Assembly: GCA_025351745.1 (NCBI GenBank)
Contig: JANXVI010000160.1
Span: forward strand, 8,890-72,889
Direction: 5' to 3'
Length of the DNA stretch: 64,000 bases
Source: Rhodoferax sp.
Lineage (GTDB): Bacteria; Pseudomonadota; Gammaproteobacteria; Burkholderiales; Burkholderiaceae_C
Position 1 is the stretch's first letter; every line of letters begins with the position of its first letter. Position numbers and translations under genes: made by a program. The notes under the pieces are model-generated. The model ran no database searches, had not been told where the DNA came from, and worked only from the letters and a program-made list of their open reading frames with translations. Below, in pieces: positions 37,401 through 48,633 of this stretch.

Positions 37401-38225
37401 ATGGCAATCACACCCTCCTCCTCAACGCTCGTCGAATTTCGCAATCTGCGTTTCAGCTATGGCGACCACGTGGTCCTGGACAACATCTCGCTGCGCATCC
37501 CCAAAGGCAAAGTCACCGCTCTGATCGGCCCCATGGGTGCGGGTAAAACCACCACGCTGCGGCTGATGGGTGGCGAGCAAAAGGCGCAGGCTGGCGAGAT
37601 GCTGTTTGACGGCAATGATGTCGGCCGCATGGACCAGCAACAGCTCTACGCGGCGCGGCGGCGCATGGGCATGCTGTTCCAGTTTGGCGCGCTGTTTGCC
37701 GATTCAACGGTGTTTGAGAACGTGGCCTTTCCACTGCGCGAGCACACCGATTTACCCGAGGCGCTGATCCGCGACATCGTGCTGATGAAGCTCAATGCCG
37801 TGGGCCTGCGCGGCGCGCGCGATCTGTACCCCAGCGAAGTTTCAGGGGGAATGGCGCGGCGCATTGCACTGGCCCGCGCCATCGCGCTGGACCCGGAGCT
37901 GGTGATGTACGACGAGCCGTTTTCCGGCCTCGACCCGATCTCTCTGAAGACCGCCGCCAAGCTGATCCGCCAGCTCAATGATTCGATGGGACTGACCAGT
38001 GTTTTCGTATCGCACGAACTCAAACAGACCCTGGAGATCGCGGACCACGTCATCGTGCTGGCCAACGGCACAGTCGCCCTCGAAGGCTCGCCCGATGATG
38101 TGCGCAACAGCACCGACGCCATGGTCTACCAGTACGTCAACGCCAAGCCCGACGGGCCGGTCCACTTCCACTTCCCGGGGCCGGCAGTGGATGAAGATTT
38201 TGCACTGACGGGGCAGCCCGGTTGA
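37401..38225 (+). CDS. MlaF/Ttg2A-like ABC ATPase
   Basis: GPMGAGKT, MGMLFQFGALF, VSGGM, MYDEPF, SHE. Confidence 0.88.
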   Translation: MAITPSSSTLVEFRNLRFSYGDHVVLDNISLRIPKGKVTALIGPMGAGKTTTLRLMGGEQKAQAGEMLFDGNDVGRMDQQQLYAARRRMGMLFQFGALFADSTVFENVAFPLREHTDLPEALIRDIVLMKLNAVGLRGARDLYPSEVSGGMARRIALARAIALDPELVMYDEPFSGLDPISLKTAAKLIRQLNDSMGLTSVFVSHELKQTLEIADHVIVLANGTVALEGSPDDVRNSTDAMVYQYVNAKPDGPVHFHFPGPAVDEDFALTGQPG

Positions 38226-38241
38226 ACTTTCACTCTAGCAG

Positions 38242-38299
38242 TTGCTATCGACCTGATAGCAACATACGCAATATCTGCGAGGGCTAGAGCCCGTTTTTT
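38242..38299 (+). repeat. R1 repeat copy
   Basis: TTGCTATCGACCTGATAGCAA...GCGAGGGCTAGAGCCCGTTTTTT. Confidence 0.82.
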
Positions 38300-38364
38300 C
38301 AAAGAAGCCCGGCTGCGCCGCCAGATGGGCTGCGGGTTACATCCGTTTGGATGAACCCTCGCGC

Positions 38365-38409
38365 GAGGTACGCCAGCGTACGGAAAAGCAGCGCTCGCGC
38401 CACTACATT
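38365..38409 (+). promoter_or_regulatory. CRP-like box plus -10 (stress regulon)
   Basis: GAGGTACG-CCAG-CGTACGGA; TACATT at 38404, 29.5 bp from the box centre. Confidence 0.7.
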
Positions 38410-38467
38410 CGGGTTTCGATTTGGATATCAGCATCCGTGGTGTCAGGCACAGCAGCGAGGTTTCTAT

Positions 38468-38827
38468 TTGAAAACCAACCTATTGAACCCTGCATTCGAA
38501 CAACTTTGCACGGGCACCGACTTGGTCGGTACAAAATCAGCCCTGCTGTTGATCTGCTCAGAGTTTGGGTCGGTCAAACGCTTGGACGTGCTGCTGGGTA
38601 GCCAGGGCGATACCCGCCAAGCCCTGTGTTTTTTGCGCATGGAGACTTCCGAGCAAGAACAACAGGTCATACGGTTTCTCGAAGTGGCCCGGTTCGCGGG
38701 GGCCCTTGTCATCGTCGCTGATATGCCAGCTCCAGCACCGACGAAGCATGGGCAAGCGCTAAAAATACGCGCCCAGACCCCATCACGCACCGCCTGCCCT
38801 CAATCCGTGTCTATGACGACGCAATGA
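38468..38827 (+). CDS. Small RRM-like (putative RNA-binding) protein
   Basis: CSEFGSVKRLDVL...ALCFLRM pattern; TTG start with GAGG SD, downstream of the predicted promoter. Confidence 0.55.
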   Translation: MKTNLLNPAFEQLCTGTDLVGTKSALLLICSEFGSVKRLDVLLGSQGDTRQALCFLRMETSEQEQQVIRFLEVARFAGALVIVADMPAPAPTKHGQALKIRAQTPSRTACPQSVSMTTQ

Positions 38828-38886
38828 GCATGGCGACGCGGCAAGCCCCAGGGCAGTGCCCGGGGCTCCTATGTCAGGCAGCGGCG

Positions 38887-39372
38887 TTATCGGGCCAGAC
38901 GCACGCGCTCCCATGAGTCACGCGACGCATCGCGCGCACGGTCCCATGACAGGCTGGAGGTGCCGCGCACGGTGTCCCAGTCGCGCGCCATATCGGGTTC
39001 GATGTCATCAAAACTGCGGTCGCCAAATTTGGCCGCCGAGTGGATGCCATACACGTAGGCAGGGCCGTAGTCGTCAAAGTTTGATCCGCCGCTGACATAG
39101 GGGCGATTCGTGTAATTGTCGCGCCAATACGCGTATTCAACGGTCGGGTCGATGGACTCGGCAACACCCTTGCCCGCCAGACCACCCACGATGGCACCGA
39201 CGGCGGCACCCACGATGGTACCCACGGGGCCAACTACGGTGCCAGCGGCTGCACCGGCAGCAGCGCCACCCAAAGCGGCCCCCAGGCCTGTACCGACTGG
39301 ATGGGCTCCTGGCGCACCGGTGATGGGGTCGCGGTTGGCGTTTTCGTGTTCGATGGTTTCTGCGTTTCGCAT
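38887..39372 (-). CDS. Glycine-zipper stress-type protein
   Basis: GxxxG repeats (GTGLGAALGGAAAGAAAG...), YWRDNY, SWDRARDA. Confidence 0.8.
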   Translation of the reverse strand: MRNAETIEHENANRDPITGAPGAHPVGTGLGAALGGAAAGAAAGTVVGPVGTIVGAAVGAIVGGLAGKGVAESIDPTVEYAYWRDNYTNRPYVSGGSNFDDYGPAYVYGIHSAAKFGDRSFDDIEPDMARDWDTVRGTSSLSWDRARDASRDSWERVRLAR

Positions 39373-39470
39373 GGTTAGCTCACTTTAAATATAGGTTGAT
39401 GGATCACTTGATTCAGCCATATCCAACCGGTTCTGCGCAGTTGGGCAGTTGCGGTTAATGCGGCGGCCCT

Positions 39471-39515
39471 ATGGTCTTCTACTGCAAGTTGTTCATCTGT
39501 GCGTCAACGCACCAC
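39471..39515 (-). promoter_or_regulatory. CRP-like box plus weak -10
   Basis: TCTGTGCG-TCAA-CGCACCAC at 39496-39515; GACCAT at 29.5 bp on the minus strand. Confidence 0.6.
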
Positions 39516-39552
39516 CAACACAATCACAGCTCTTTTTTACACTGTCGCACGA

Positions 39553-39597
39553 TGTGTTGGGCATCGCACAGAAGGCATTCGTCGCGTGGCTTACCGT
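39553..39597 (+). promoter_or_regulatory. CRP-like box plus -10 upstream of katE
   Basis: TGTGTTGG-GCAT-CGCACAGA; TACCGT at 39592. Confidence 0.65.
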
Positions 39598-39939
39598 TCA
39601 CCCATTCCCGATCTTTCATGTGTCTCGCGACCGGCCCTGTGCGAGATTTTTTTGTTCTTCCATTCACGTGACGAATGCAATATGCCCACCCCATCTTCTA
39701 AAGTTGTGAAGCCACTCCAAGCCCAGCTCGGGGAGGTGTACCACGGCATACGCACACACATGCTGCATGTTGCCGCTAACGCGGACGAGGGCACCGTCCG
39801 CATGCGGTTGGCTTATGTCGCCTTGTGGCTGCTGGCCTCGGCGTCGGCAGTGGCTTACGACACGCGTTTCACCGACCTCTTCGCCAGCCGCAGAACTGAC
39901 GATGTTTCCCACCCTGACCTGTGACAAGGAATACCAACG

Positions 39940-42240
39940 ATGACTGACGCCAAAGCGCTGCAAACCGACCACCTGGCCGGTGCCATGCCATTCAATGCCA
40001 ACAAACCGCTAGAGCATGGCGCTGCCAATGCCATCAAGCCCCCCATTGGCCAGACGATGGTGCCAGAATCGCGCCTGCCCACGGGCAGCACGCTCACCGA
40101 AGACAGCGGCACTTTGAAGACCGGAAGCTTGGCGCCTGGAGGTGTCAACGCAACCATTGAGCCATTGGACCGGGTGCGCGTAGATTCTGGCGGCCAGAGG
40201 CTGACAACCAATCAGGGCGTGCCCATTGCGGACAACCAAAACTCTCTAAAGGCGGGGTTGCGCGGCCCCGTGCTGCTGGAAGATTTCATCCTGCGCGAAA
40301 AGATCACGCATTTCGACCATGAACGCATTCCCGAACGCATCGTGCACGCCCGCGGGTCGGGCGCTCACGGTTATTTCGAATGCTATGCGCCGCTGACACA
40401 ACACACCAAGGCGGCGCCCTTTCAGGATGCGGGCAAGATCACGCCCGTCTTCGTGCGCTTTTCCACGGTGGCGGGCGAGCGGGGCTCCAAGGACACCGCG
40501 CGCGACGTGCGGGGCTTCGCCGTCAAGTTCTACACTGACGAAGGCAACTGGGATCTGGTGGGCAACAACATGCCAGTGTTCTTTATTCAGGACGCGATCA
40601 AGTTCCCTGACCTGGTACACGCAGTCAAGCCAGAGCCACACAACCAGATGCCACAGGCCGCGAGTGCCCACGACACGTTTTGGGATTTTGTCTCGCTGAT
40701 GCCGGAGTCCACCCACATGTTGATGTGGGTGATGAGCGACCGCGCCATACCCCGCAGCTATGCGACCATGGAAGGCTTCGGCGTGCACACGTTTCGCCTG
40801 GTCAATGCGGACAATACGTCGGTGTTTGTCAAGTTCCACTGGAATCCGAAATTTGGCACGCATTCTCTGGTGTGGGACGAGGCAGTGAAGATTTCTGGTG
40901 CCGACCCCGATTACCATCGCCGTGATCTGTGGGAACGAATTGAGGCCGGCGCTTTCCCCGAATGGGAACTGGGCATGCAGATTTTTACTGAAGAGCAGGC
41001 TGCCGAATTCAGCTTCGATATTCTGGACGCCACCAAACTGATCCCCGAAGAAATGGTGCCCATCACGCCGGTTGGCCGCATGGTGCTCAACCGCAACCCG
41101 GACAACTTTTTTGCCGAAACCGAACAGGTAGCGTTTTGCACAGCCCATGTCGTGCCTGGCATCGATTTCTCGAACGACCCCTTGCTGGCAGGACGCATCC
41201 ACTCGTACGTGGACACTCAGATTACGCGTCTGGGTGGTCCCAATTTTCACGAAATCCCGATCAATGCACCCGTAGCACCGGTGCACAACAACCAGCGCGA
41301 CGGCATGCACCGCCAGGCGATCCCTCGCGGTCGCGTGTCTTACGAGCCTAATTCACTCGGGGGTGGTTGCCCGTTTCAGGCCGGTGCTGGTCAAGGTTTT
41401 GTGACGATACCCGAGCGCCTGCAAGCCAAGGAAGACCAGTCAAAGCTGCGCGGCAAGCCGGAGAAATTTGCCGACCATTACACACAGGCCACGCTGTTCT
41501 ATGACAGCCAGACGCCGGTAGAGCAGGCGCATATTGCTGCAGCCTTTCGCTTTGAGTTGAGCAAGTTGACGGTACCGGCTATTCGGCAACGCATGGTTGC
41601 TTCGTTGCGCAATGTGTCGGAGGCACTGGCACAACAAGTGGCCGATGGCCTGCGCATGGACCCGTTGCCCCCGGCCATGCCGCGCGCGTTGGCCAAGCCA
41701 CCCAAGCCCGAGGTGTCGGTTTCCGCAACCCTGTCGCTGACGGCCAGGCCGGGCGATGGTTCGATCACAGCACGAACGGTCGCCATCTTGGTCGCAGACG
41801 GAACCGTGGGCAAAAGCGCTGTCGCAGTGCACGCCGCCCTGGCCGCGCAAGGCGCTGTGCCACGGTTCGTTGCGCCACGCATTGGGCCGATCAAGACACG
41901 GGACGGCACGGTAGTAGTAGCGCAAGCATCGCTTGAAAATGAACCGGGCTTTTTGTTCGATGCCATGGTACTTACCGACGGCGACGATGGCGTTTCAGCC
42001 CTGGCAGCAGATGAACACACGGTGCCGTTCATACAAGACCAGTACCGCCATGGCAAAACAATTATGGCTCTGGGAGCGGCCAAGAGCCTGCTAGACCTGG
42101 CAGGTATTTCCAACAAGCTTCCAGGCAGAAAGACGGACCCGGGACTGGTCATTAGTGATGGGGCCGGCAAAACGCATTTGGATGCCTTCATGAAGGGGAT
42201 TGCCTGCCATCGACACCCGCAGCGGGAAAATCTGGGGTGA
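39940..42240 (+). CDS. katE: Large-subunit catalase HPII
   Basis: [34 protein letters not shown]-terminal DJ-1-like domain. Confidence 0.95.
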   Translation: MTDAKALQTDHLAGAMPFNANKPLEHGAANAIKPPIGQTMVPESRLPTGSTLTEDSGTLKTGSLAPGGVNATIEPLDRVRVDSGGQRLTTNQGVPIADNQNSLKAGLRGPVLLEDFILREKITHFDHERIPERIVHARGSGAHGYFECYAPLTQHTKAAPFQDAGKITPVFVRFSTVAGERGSKDTARDVRGFAVKFYTDEGNWDLVGNNMPVFFIQDAIKFPDLVHAVKPEPHNQMPQAASAHDTFWDFVSLMPESTHMLMWVMSDRAIPRSYATMEGFGVHTFRLVNADNTSVFVKFHWNPKFGTHSLVWDEAVKISGADPDYHRRDLWERIEAGAFPEWELGMQIFTEEQAAEFSFDILDATKLIPEEMVPITPVGRMVLNRNPDNFFAETEQVAFCTAHVVPGIDFSNDPLLAGRIHSYVDTQITRLGGPNFHEIPINAPVAPVHNNQRDGMHRQAIPRGRVSYEPNSLGGGCPFQAGAGQGFVTIPERLQAKEDQSKLRGKPEKFADHYTQATLFYDSQTPVEQAHIAAAFRFELSKLTVPAIRQRMVASLRNVSEALAQQVADGLRMDPLPPAMPRALAKPPKPEVSVSATLSLTARPGDGSITARTVAILVADGTVGKSAVAVHAALAAQGAVPRFVAPRIGPIKTRDGTVVVAQASLENEPGFLFDAMVLTDGDDGVSALAADEHTVPFIQDQYRHGKTIMALGAAKSLLDLAGISNKLPGRKTDPGLVISDGAGKTHLDAFMKGIACHRHPQRENLG

Positions 42241-42332
42241 TGGCGGGATACGTCGCAAGGAACTTGTGCAGCACCATGGGACAGTTTCTGACGCAGGCGC
42301 CAGCGATTCTATAGACCGCGATGGCGCCACCA

Positions 42333-43304
42333 TTACGGCTTAGGAGGGTGCGCCAGGTCTTCGTACTTTTGCGCCAGGTATTCGTCCAACGTCAATTCAT
42401 GCAATTGCGCCGCATACCGTTCCGACAGCGCAAACCAGGCCTTCAGACGCGCATCCGTAGGCGCTTGCGCCCCGGCGCTGGGGACGACGCTGGTATAGGC
42501 CTGTAGTGCCAGGTAGTTGCGCATCACATTGCGCTCGATAGAACCGCGCTCACCTTGAACAAACTGGGGTTTCCCGTCTTTTGTCGTGCCCACTACACTG
42601 AACCCGATTTTGCTGCGCCCGGCCGTGGCCAGGTATACGCCCAAGGCCATTCGGGCCATGGTTCCGTAGCTGTAGCCGTAGCCAAAGTGCAGGAACGTGC
42701 GCTGACCCTCTATGGGCGCAATCTCGAAAATGATGCGGTAGTCAGACGTCGACAACGGACCGCTGGCCGCGGTCAACGTCACGCGAAGGTAGTCGGATGT
42801 GGACATCTCGACGTGCATGCTGTAGTGCATGCTGTAGACAGACCCGCCGGTGACCCCTTGCTTGGGGCCGGCAACCAATACCAGGCCATCATCGCCGTTG
42901 GTGCCATGCGTGGGTTGGCAACTGCGGACATTGAGATGCAGGAACAGGATTCCGCACAGACTATCCGTCGCGCGCAGCAGGCCGCTGATCTGCGCGAAAG
43001 GTATGGAGACTTCGGTGTAAACATCGCCCTGCAAACGCTTGCCCGAGTCTTGCGACACGATATGCATGGGCTCGCCCAAAGCCTTGGCCTGTATCTGGGG
43101 CTGAAATTCGACTCGTTTGGCCAACAAGCTGGTTGCATTGCCAACAGGACCAGAATCGGTCGCTGCCAGGGCAGGAGATGCATAGGGTGCCAAGACCGCG
43201 ATCAACAGCGCAGAGGCAATCAGGAAAGAACTGCGGGCCATAGTGGTATGAGTGTCCGTTTCGTTTCGTTTTGTCGGTGTACGTCTATCAAGCGATGTTG
43301 CCAT
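42333..43304 (-). CDS. Exported hypothetical protein
   Basis: 323-aa ORF with a signal-peptide-like segment and coding-like codon usage; start uncertain. Confidence 0.65.
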   Translation of the reverse strand: MATSLDRRTPTKRNETDTHTTMARSSFLIASALLIAVLAPYASPALAATDSGPVGNATSLLAKRVEFQPQIQAKALGEPMHIVSQDSGKRLQGDVYTEVSIPFAQISGLLRATDSLCGILFLHLNVRSCQPTHGTNGDDGLVLVAGPKQGVTGGSVYSMHYSMHVEMSTSDYLRVTLTAASGPLSTSDYRIIFEIAPIEGQRTFLHFGYGYSYGTMARMALGVYLATAGRSKIGFSVVGTTKDGKPQFVQGERGSIERNVMRNYLALQAYTSVVPSAGAQAPTDARLKAWFALSERYAAQLHELTLDEYLAQKYEDLAHPPKP

Positions 43305-43461
43305 TCTCCAGGTGCGGCGTCAGTGTGTCACCCCACACTTCGATTTTGACACCACTCTTACCCGCTGCGGGAAACCGCATTGCCCATCATCAGCGCCACC
43401 AAGAAATTCAGGCGTGGACAATACGCGGATACCAGCCACCCCAACCAAGAACCCACAGCAC

Positions 43462-43947
43462 ATGACCCACACGCCCAACCACGAACTCAGCATGACCGTG
43501 CTGATGACGCCCGACATGGCCAACTTCGCCGGCAACGTGCACGGTGGCGCGGTGTTAAAGCTGCTTGACCAAGTGGCTTTCGCCTGCGCCAGCCGGTACG
43601 CCGCACGCTACGTGGTAACGGTCAGCGTGGACCAGGTCATGTTTTTGCAGCCCATCCACGTGGGTGAGTTGGTCACCTTCTTGGCCAGCGTCAACCACAC
43701 GGGAACCTCATCCATGGAAGTGGGCGTCAAGGTGGTGGCTGAGAATATACGCAGCCAGCAAAAACGCCATGTCAACAGCTGCTTCTTCACCATGGTGGCG
43801 GTGGATGATGACCGACAGCCCGTCGCGGTGCCCGTACTGCAACCCGACAACGAGCGCGCCAAACGCCGGTACGAGCAAGCGCTGTTGCGCAAAGAGCTGC
43901 GGCTGGAGCTATCCCGCCGCCTCAAGGCAATCAAGGCCATCCCCTAG
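43462..43947 (+). CDS. Acyl-CoA thioesterase (YciA-like)
   Basis: NFAGNVHGG, DQVAF, TGTSSMEVGV. Confidence 0.88.
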   Translation: MTHTPNHELSMTVLMTPDMANFAGNVHGGAVLKLLDQVAFACASRYAARYVVTVSVDQVMFLQPIHVGELVTFLASVNHTGTSSMEVGVKVVAENIRSQQKRHVNSCFFTMVAVDDDRQPVAVPVLQPDNERAKRRYEQALLRKELRLELSRRLKAIKAIP

Positions 43948-43985
43948 CGGCCCGCGCCGCGCAGCAGTGTGGAGCGGGCAAAGGC

Positions 43986-45962
43986 TCACTTTGTAACGAT
44001 TGCAAACGTACCCGGTGCTTTGTCTATCAGGCCAAAAAATCGCACCAGGTCGATCTTGCTGCCGGTCACCTGCAGGTCGTCGCTGAGCAATGTGTCTTTG
44101 ACCCCGGCAGTTCCGGCAACCATCTTGACGAAGATGTCTTTCGTCAAGGTCAACGTGGCATTGGCATCAGACGCCGCCTCAGCGCGCTTGAAGTGCAGCA
44201 CGGCGTTTTCAATCCACAACACATAGGTTTCTCTTAAATCGGTTAGCACCAGGTTGACCTTGAAGTCCTTGCCCTCGGCATCGGGTCCATTCAAGCCAGC
44301 AGCCATCGCCTCCAAAAAACGCTCGATGGGCGTTTGCAGCAACATCTCGATCAGCATGGCTTTGGACGTACCCTTGGCCGGTGGGCCGTTGCGCAATTCC
44401 TGGGCTCCCGTCAAGTAGGAGTTGCGCCAGGTGGATGCCTCGGCCATGTAGCCCATCTGCTCATAGGTTTTGGCCAGCAGTTCTTTGGCAAATTGGTTCG
44501 ATGGGTCACCAAAAACCACGTGATTCAGCAGCTCTGCCGCCCAACGGTAGTCTCCCTTTTCATACGCGATTTGCGCCGCGGCCACGGCCTTGTCCGCACC
44601 GCCCAACAGCTCGAGGTAGCGCTTGGCCGACTGTTGCGGTGGTAGCGGGTTCAGGTTGGCCGGGTTGCCATCGTAGGCACCCATGTAGAACTGGTAGACC
44701 GCCTTGACGTTATGGCGCAGGTCACCGTAGTAACCCCGCGCGCCGAAGTATTCCGACAGCGACCGGGGCAGCTTGACGGTGTCGGCAATCTCACGCGGGG
44801 TGAAACCTGCGTTGATCAGGCGCACGGTCTGGTCGTGGGTGTACTTGTAGACGTCGCGGTGCATGGTGATGAGTTTTTGAATATTGGCGCGGCCCCACAC
44901 CGGCCAATTGTGCGAGCCGATATAGATGTCTGCGTCTTGCACTTGCTCCAGCGCCTGGTCCATGTAGTTGGACCAGCGCAGCGCATCGCGCACCTTGGCA
45001 CCCCGCACGGGCAGCAGGTTGTGCATGGTCTGGGCCAGATTTTCGGCACCGTCGTACAGCTTTCTACTGGGAACACTGAAGGTCAGCTCGGCCGGGCATT
45101 CTGCCCCCGGTACGTTGTGAAAAACGAAGTCCACGCCGTCAAGCTGCAAGGCCTGCGTGGGCTGCTCGATCAAGCGGTTAGGGGGCAAAATGCCAATGGT
45201 TCCGTAGGCCACATCCTTGCCCAAACCTGTGTCCACGTTCCCTTTGGCAGAACGCGGCAGATCGCGCCCGAATTGGTACATCGAGCGGCGCGCCATGCCG
45301 GTGCCCACCAACACGTTTTCGCTGGTGGCCTCTTCCAGAAATCCGGCCGCTGCCACGATGGGGAGTTTTCGCTCGGCCACCTCTTGGGGAGTGACGATGC
45401 CCAGCACGCCACCAAAGTGGTCAGCGTGGGCGTGGGTTAACACCACCGCCGACACTGGCTTGTTTCCAAGGTGTTGGCGCGCAAAGGCCAGCGCTGCGCT
45501 AGACGTCTCGCGCGCGGTCAGCGGGTCTACTACGATCCAACCGGTCTTGCCTTCGATCAGCGTCATATTGGCGATATCAAACCCGCGCAATTGGTACACA
45601 CCGTCAGTGACCTGGAACAAGCCAAAGTTTGCGTTCAGCTGGGCATGGCGCCACAAGCTGGGGTTCACCGTGTCGGGTGCTTTGCCCGCAAGAAAGTTGT
45701 ACGCCTCGAAGTTTTTGAGCACCGTTCCATCGGCCAAAACAATCTTGCCCGCAGGTTTGGCAATGAAGCCGCGCTTGGCGTCTTCAAAGTCTTGCGGGTC
45801 GTCCAGTTTCAGCGCCTTGGCGTACTCTGCATTCACGCTCAAGGTTTCGGGGCTGGCATCGCCCGCCGAGCCACCCTCGCCCGAGGTCTTGCTACAGCCG
45901 CTTGCGAGACTGAGCAGCACTGCCAGCCATGCGACCAACGGCAATCTTGGGTGAGTTTTCAT
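43986..45962 (-). CDS. Alkyl sulfatase (SdsA1/BDS1 metallo-beta-lactamase family) lipoprotein
   Basis: Lipobox ASGC, THAHADHFGG, NPSLWR, RGYYG, C-terminal SCP2-like domain. Confidence 0.9.
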   Translation of the reverse strand: MKTHPRLPLVAWLAVLLSLASGCSKTSGEGGSAGDASPETLSVNAEYAKALKLDDPQDFEDAKRGFIAKPAGKIVLADGTVLKNFEAYNFLAGKAPDTVNPSLWRHAQLNANFGLFQVTDGVYQLRGFDIANMTLIEGKTGWIVVDPLTARETSSAALAFARQHLGNKPVSAVVLTHAHADHFGGVLGIVTPQEVAERKLPIVAAAGFLEEATSENVLVGTGMARRSMYQFGRDLPRSAKGNVDTGLGKDVAYGTIGILPPNRLIEQPTQALQLDGVDFVFHNVPGAECPAELTFSVPSRKLYDGAENLAQTMHNLLPVRGAKVRDALRWSNYMDQALEQVQDADIYIGSHNWPVWGRANIQKLITMHRDVYKYTHDQTVRLINAGFTPREIADTVKLPRSLSEYFGARGYYGDLRHNVKAVYQFYMGAYDGNPANLNPLPPQQSAKRYLELLGGADKAVAAAQIAYEKGDYRWAAELLNHVVFGDPSNQFAKELLAKTYEQMGYMAEASTWRNSYLTGAQELRNGPPAKGTSKAMLIEMLLQTPIERFLEAMAAGLNGPDAEGKDFKVNLVLTDLRETYVLWIENAVLHFKRAEAASDANATLTLTKDIFVKMVAGTAGVKDTLLSDDLQVTGSKIDLVRFFGLIDKAPGTFAIVTK

Positions 45963-46684
45963 GGGTAAAGCCTCTTTTCATCAGGTCGGAAGGGCGATTG
46001 TGGGGTCGGGCATAGCATCCGTCCAATGCATATGATCGGTAATATCAATGCACTGTATGCATCGATAGCAACGGATATTTCCATGAAATCTGACGACTCA
46101 AGCATTGGGTGGCACTGGCCGACCGCCGCAACTTTGGTCGCGCAGCCTTGCAATGCCATTGGAGCCAACCCGCTGTCAGCCGCAGCCACCCTACTGCCGG
46201 TATTGCTGACTGATATGCGCTAGCGCTTTCCCCATCGGTCGGCTGTCGGCAAGTTTTACGTACGCGCGGGTCATCCGTTGCTCCGCAGTTCTTCAGTCCA
46301 CGGTCGCGATGTACTGCCCGTTTGGGCTGGCCCGTGTTCGCATACCCGACAAGAGGTTGTTGGCAATGGCGCCGTTGATGGGCCTGCCCGATGGCGTGCG
46401 GATATAGCTTGCCATAGAGTGCGACGATTTGAATGTGCTCAAACGTGTCACCATGGAAGCCAATACGGTATCGGCATGTGCAGACGCAGGCGTGTTGGAA
46501 GAAGGGTGGGCAGGTCGGCTTATGCGATTGTCCACGTCCAATCTTTCAACCCAGTTTTCCGACTTGGGAGTCGTTTCTCTCAAAGGCCGCAGCTACTCGC
46601 CCATGGCGCTGTACGCAGTGGACTTTCTGGCGCGGCTGGGGCTCCAACAGGCCACGCCATCGCGCGAGTAGAGCCGCGTGCGTT

Positions 46685-46891
46685 TCAGCGGTTCTTGATG
46701 ACGTCGTCAGCCAATTCCTTGGCGCTCTTCACGATTTCCTTGACGTCGCCCATGCGCTTTTCAGCCTTGCCCTCTGTCTGTTTTTGCAAGCCCTTGAGTT
46801 GTTGCGTGGTGCTACCGACCAGCTTGCCGGCCTCTTCTTGCACTTTACCGGCGATGTTCTTTGCGGTGCCTTCGATTTGGTCTTTGTTCAT
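46685..46891 (-). CDS. CsbD-family stress protein
   Basis: MNKDQIEG...GKVQEEAGKLVG. Confidence 0.88.
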   Translation of the reverse strand: MNKDQIEGTAKNIAGKVQEEAGKLVGSTTQQLKGLQKQTEGKAEKRMGDVKEIVKSAKELADDVIKNR

Positions 46892-46955
46892 GGTGCGAAT
46901 TCCTAAAAATATTGAAAGTTTGAAGCTACGTGAGCCATCACTGGCTTACCCACAA

Positions 46956-47000
46956 ATAGTATGAAAAGGACGCAACCCCATCGGTGCGGCGGCGCACACA
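46956..47000 (-). promoter_or_regulatory. CRP-like box plus -10
   Basis: TCGGTGCG-GCGG-CGCACACA at 46981-47000; TACTAT at 46961-46956. Confidence 0.72.
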
Positions 47001-47061
47001 GCGACCACACGTTTAGGTAGCTATGCCTACAGCCAGTGCAGGGCGAACAGGCGCGCGCGAA

Positions 47062-48414
47062 CTACGGTTTGGTGCTCACGCGCCACACCACATTGCCAAC
47101 GTCATCGGCTACCAGCAATGCGCCTTGCTTGTCCAGTGCAACGCCGACAGGCCGTCCCCGGGCATTCCCGTCAGGGCTCAAAAATCCGGTTAACACGTCT
47201 ACTGGCGACGCGTCCATCGGTTTGCCTGCGAGAAATGGCACAAATATCACTTTGTACCCGCTGTAGGGCTTGCGGTTCCACGATCCGTGCTGGCCGACAA
47301 ACATGCCGTTTGAAAATATCGCGGGCAGTGAGGTGCCCGCGGAAGATGCCAGGCCCAGTGAAGCCGTGTGCGGCCCCAAGGCATAGTCCGGCACCAGCGC
47401 CTGGGCCACCTGATCAGGGCGCTGTGGTTTGACGCGCACGTCCACATGCTGGCCGTAATAGCTGTAGGGCCAGCCGTAGAACCCGCCGTCGCGCACCGAG
47501 GTCATGTAATCGGGCACGAGATCACTGCCGAGCTCGTCACGCTCATTCACAGAGGTCCATAGAGCGCCGCTTTGCGGTTCCCACGCCATGCCAACCGGGT
47601 TTCGCAAACCAGACGCAAATACCCGGTGCGCGCCGCTTTTCAGATCCACCTCCCAGATGGCTGCACGTTCAGCCTCCACCTCCATGCCGCGTTCAGCCAC
47701 ATTGCTGTTCGATCCAACCGACACATACAGCTTGCTGCCATCCGCACTGGCAACAATGTTTTTGGTCCAATGGTGGTTGATCGGGCCAGCCGGGAGGGTG
47801 ACCACAATGTCGCCAGCCGCAGTGATGCGGGTGTCACCCGTTGCATATGGAAAACTCAGCACAGCGTCGGAGTTGGCGACATACAGCTTGTTGCCAACCA
47901 AGGCCATGCCAAACGGCGAGCGCAAGCCCTCCAGCAGCGTGGTGCGCACATCGGCAATGCCGTCGCCATCCGTATCACGCAGCAACGTTATGCGGTTCGC
48001 GCTGGGCACGGCCGCACCGGCCCGCTTCATCACCAGGCCCATTACCCAACCCTTGACCCCTTTGGCGTCTTGCGGCTTGGGCGGCGCATTGGTTTCGGCC
48101 ACCAGTACGTCCCCGTTCGGTAAAACGTAGAGCCAGCGCGGGTGGTCCAGTTGGCGGGCAAAGGCGGCCACCCGGGTTCCTGGGGCCGCTTGCGGCAGGG
48201 TGCCCTCTGGCCAGCCCTTGGCGGGTGCGATATTGACCGTCGGAACGAGCGTCTCTTGAGGCGGCGGCAGCGTTGGCCTCAAGCCCGTACCGGCTGAGAC
48301 GGGCAATGTAGCCACTTCGGCGCACGCGGATTGCAGCACCAGCAAGGCGATGACCGCCGCGACCTCGGCTGCAGCAAGTGGCGCTTTGTATGCCAATGTA
48401 CCGAAATTTCTCAT
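47062..48414 (-). CDS. Sorbosone/PQQ-dependent sugar dehydrogenase family protein
   Basis: [41 protein letters not shown]. Confidence 0.88.
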   Translation of the reverse strand: MRNFGTLAYKAPLAAAEVAAVIALLVLQSACAEVATLPVSAGTGLRPTLPPPQETLVPTVNIAPAKGWPEGTLPQAAPGTRVAAFARQLDHPRWLYVLPNGDVLVAETNAPPKPQDAKGVKGWVMGLVMKRAGAAVPSANRITLLRDTDGDGIADVRTTLLEGLRSPFGMALVGNKLYVANSDAVLSFPYATGDTRITAAGDIVVTLPAGPINHHWTKNIVASADGSKLYVSVGSNSNVAERGMEVEAERAAIWEVDLKSGAHRVFASGLRNPVGMAWEPQSGALWTSVNERDELGSDLVPDYMTSVRDGGFYGWPYSYYGQHVDVRVKPQRPDQVAQALVPDYALGPHTASLGLASSAGTSLPAIFSNGMFVGQHGSWNRKPYSGYKVIFVPFLAGKPMDASPVDVLTGFLSPDGNARGRPVGVALDKQGALLVADDVGNVVWRVSTKP

Positions 48415-48457
48415 GTGTAGTCTTCCTGGGAATGGGCTCTTTGTAAACAGTTAGCCC

Positions 48458-48502
48458 AGACTACCGGCTTGCCCAGCCAGACTCCGTGCGTTGGTTCACA
48501 GA
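48458..48502 (-). promoter_or_regulatory. CRP-like box plus -10
   Basis: TCCGTGCG-TTGG-TTCACAGA at 48483-48502; TAGTCT at 48463-48458. Confidence 0.7.
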
Positions 48503-48524
48503 AGCGTTTGCATAAAAATCCCGC

Positions 48525-48569
48525 TTTGTTTGCGGGCGCACAGATAAACGCACGGGGTCTTCGTAACCT
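48525..48569 (+). promoter_or_regulatory. CRP-like box plus -10
   Basis: TTTGTTTG-CGGG-CGCACAGA; TAACCT at 48564. Confidence 0.68.
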
Positions 48570-48633
48570 CGCGTTGTGTGTCACCGGGAGGCGCACGTTT
48601 TTGTACCCATTTCAACTCTGAAGGACATTCACC

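Noticed and set aside
43320-43340. GTGTG...CACAC near the 42333-43304 gene as a regulon box
   Set aside because: Spacing differs from N4 and the implied -10 would fall inside the ORF start.
46293-46583. 96-aa ORF between the sulfatase and csbD
   Set aside because: No recognisable motif or clear SD; cannot be supported as a gene from sequence alone.
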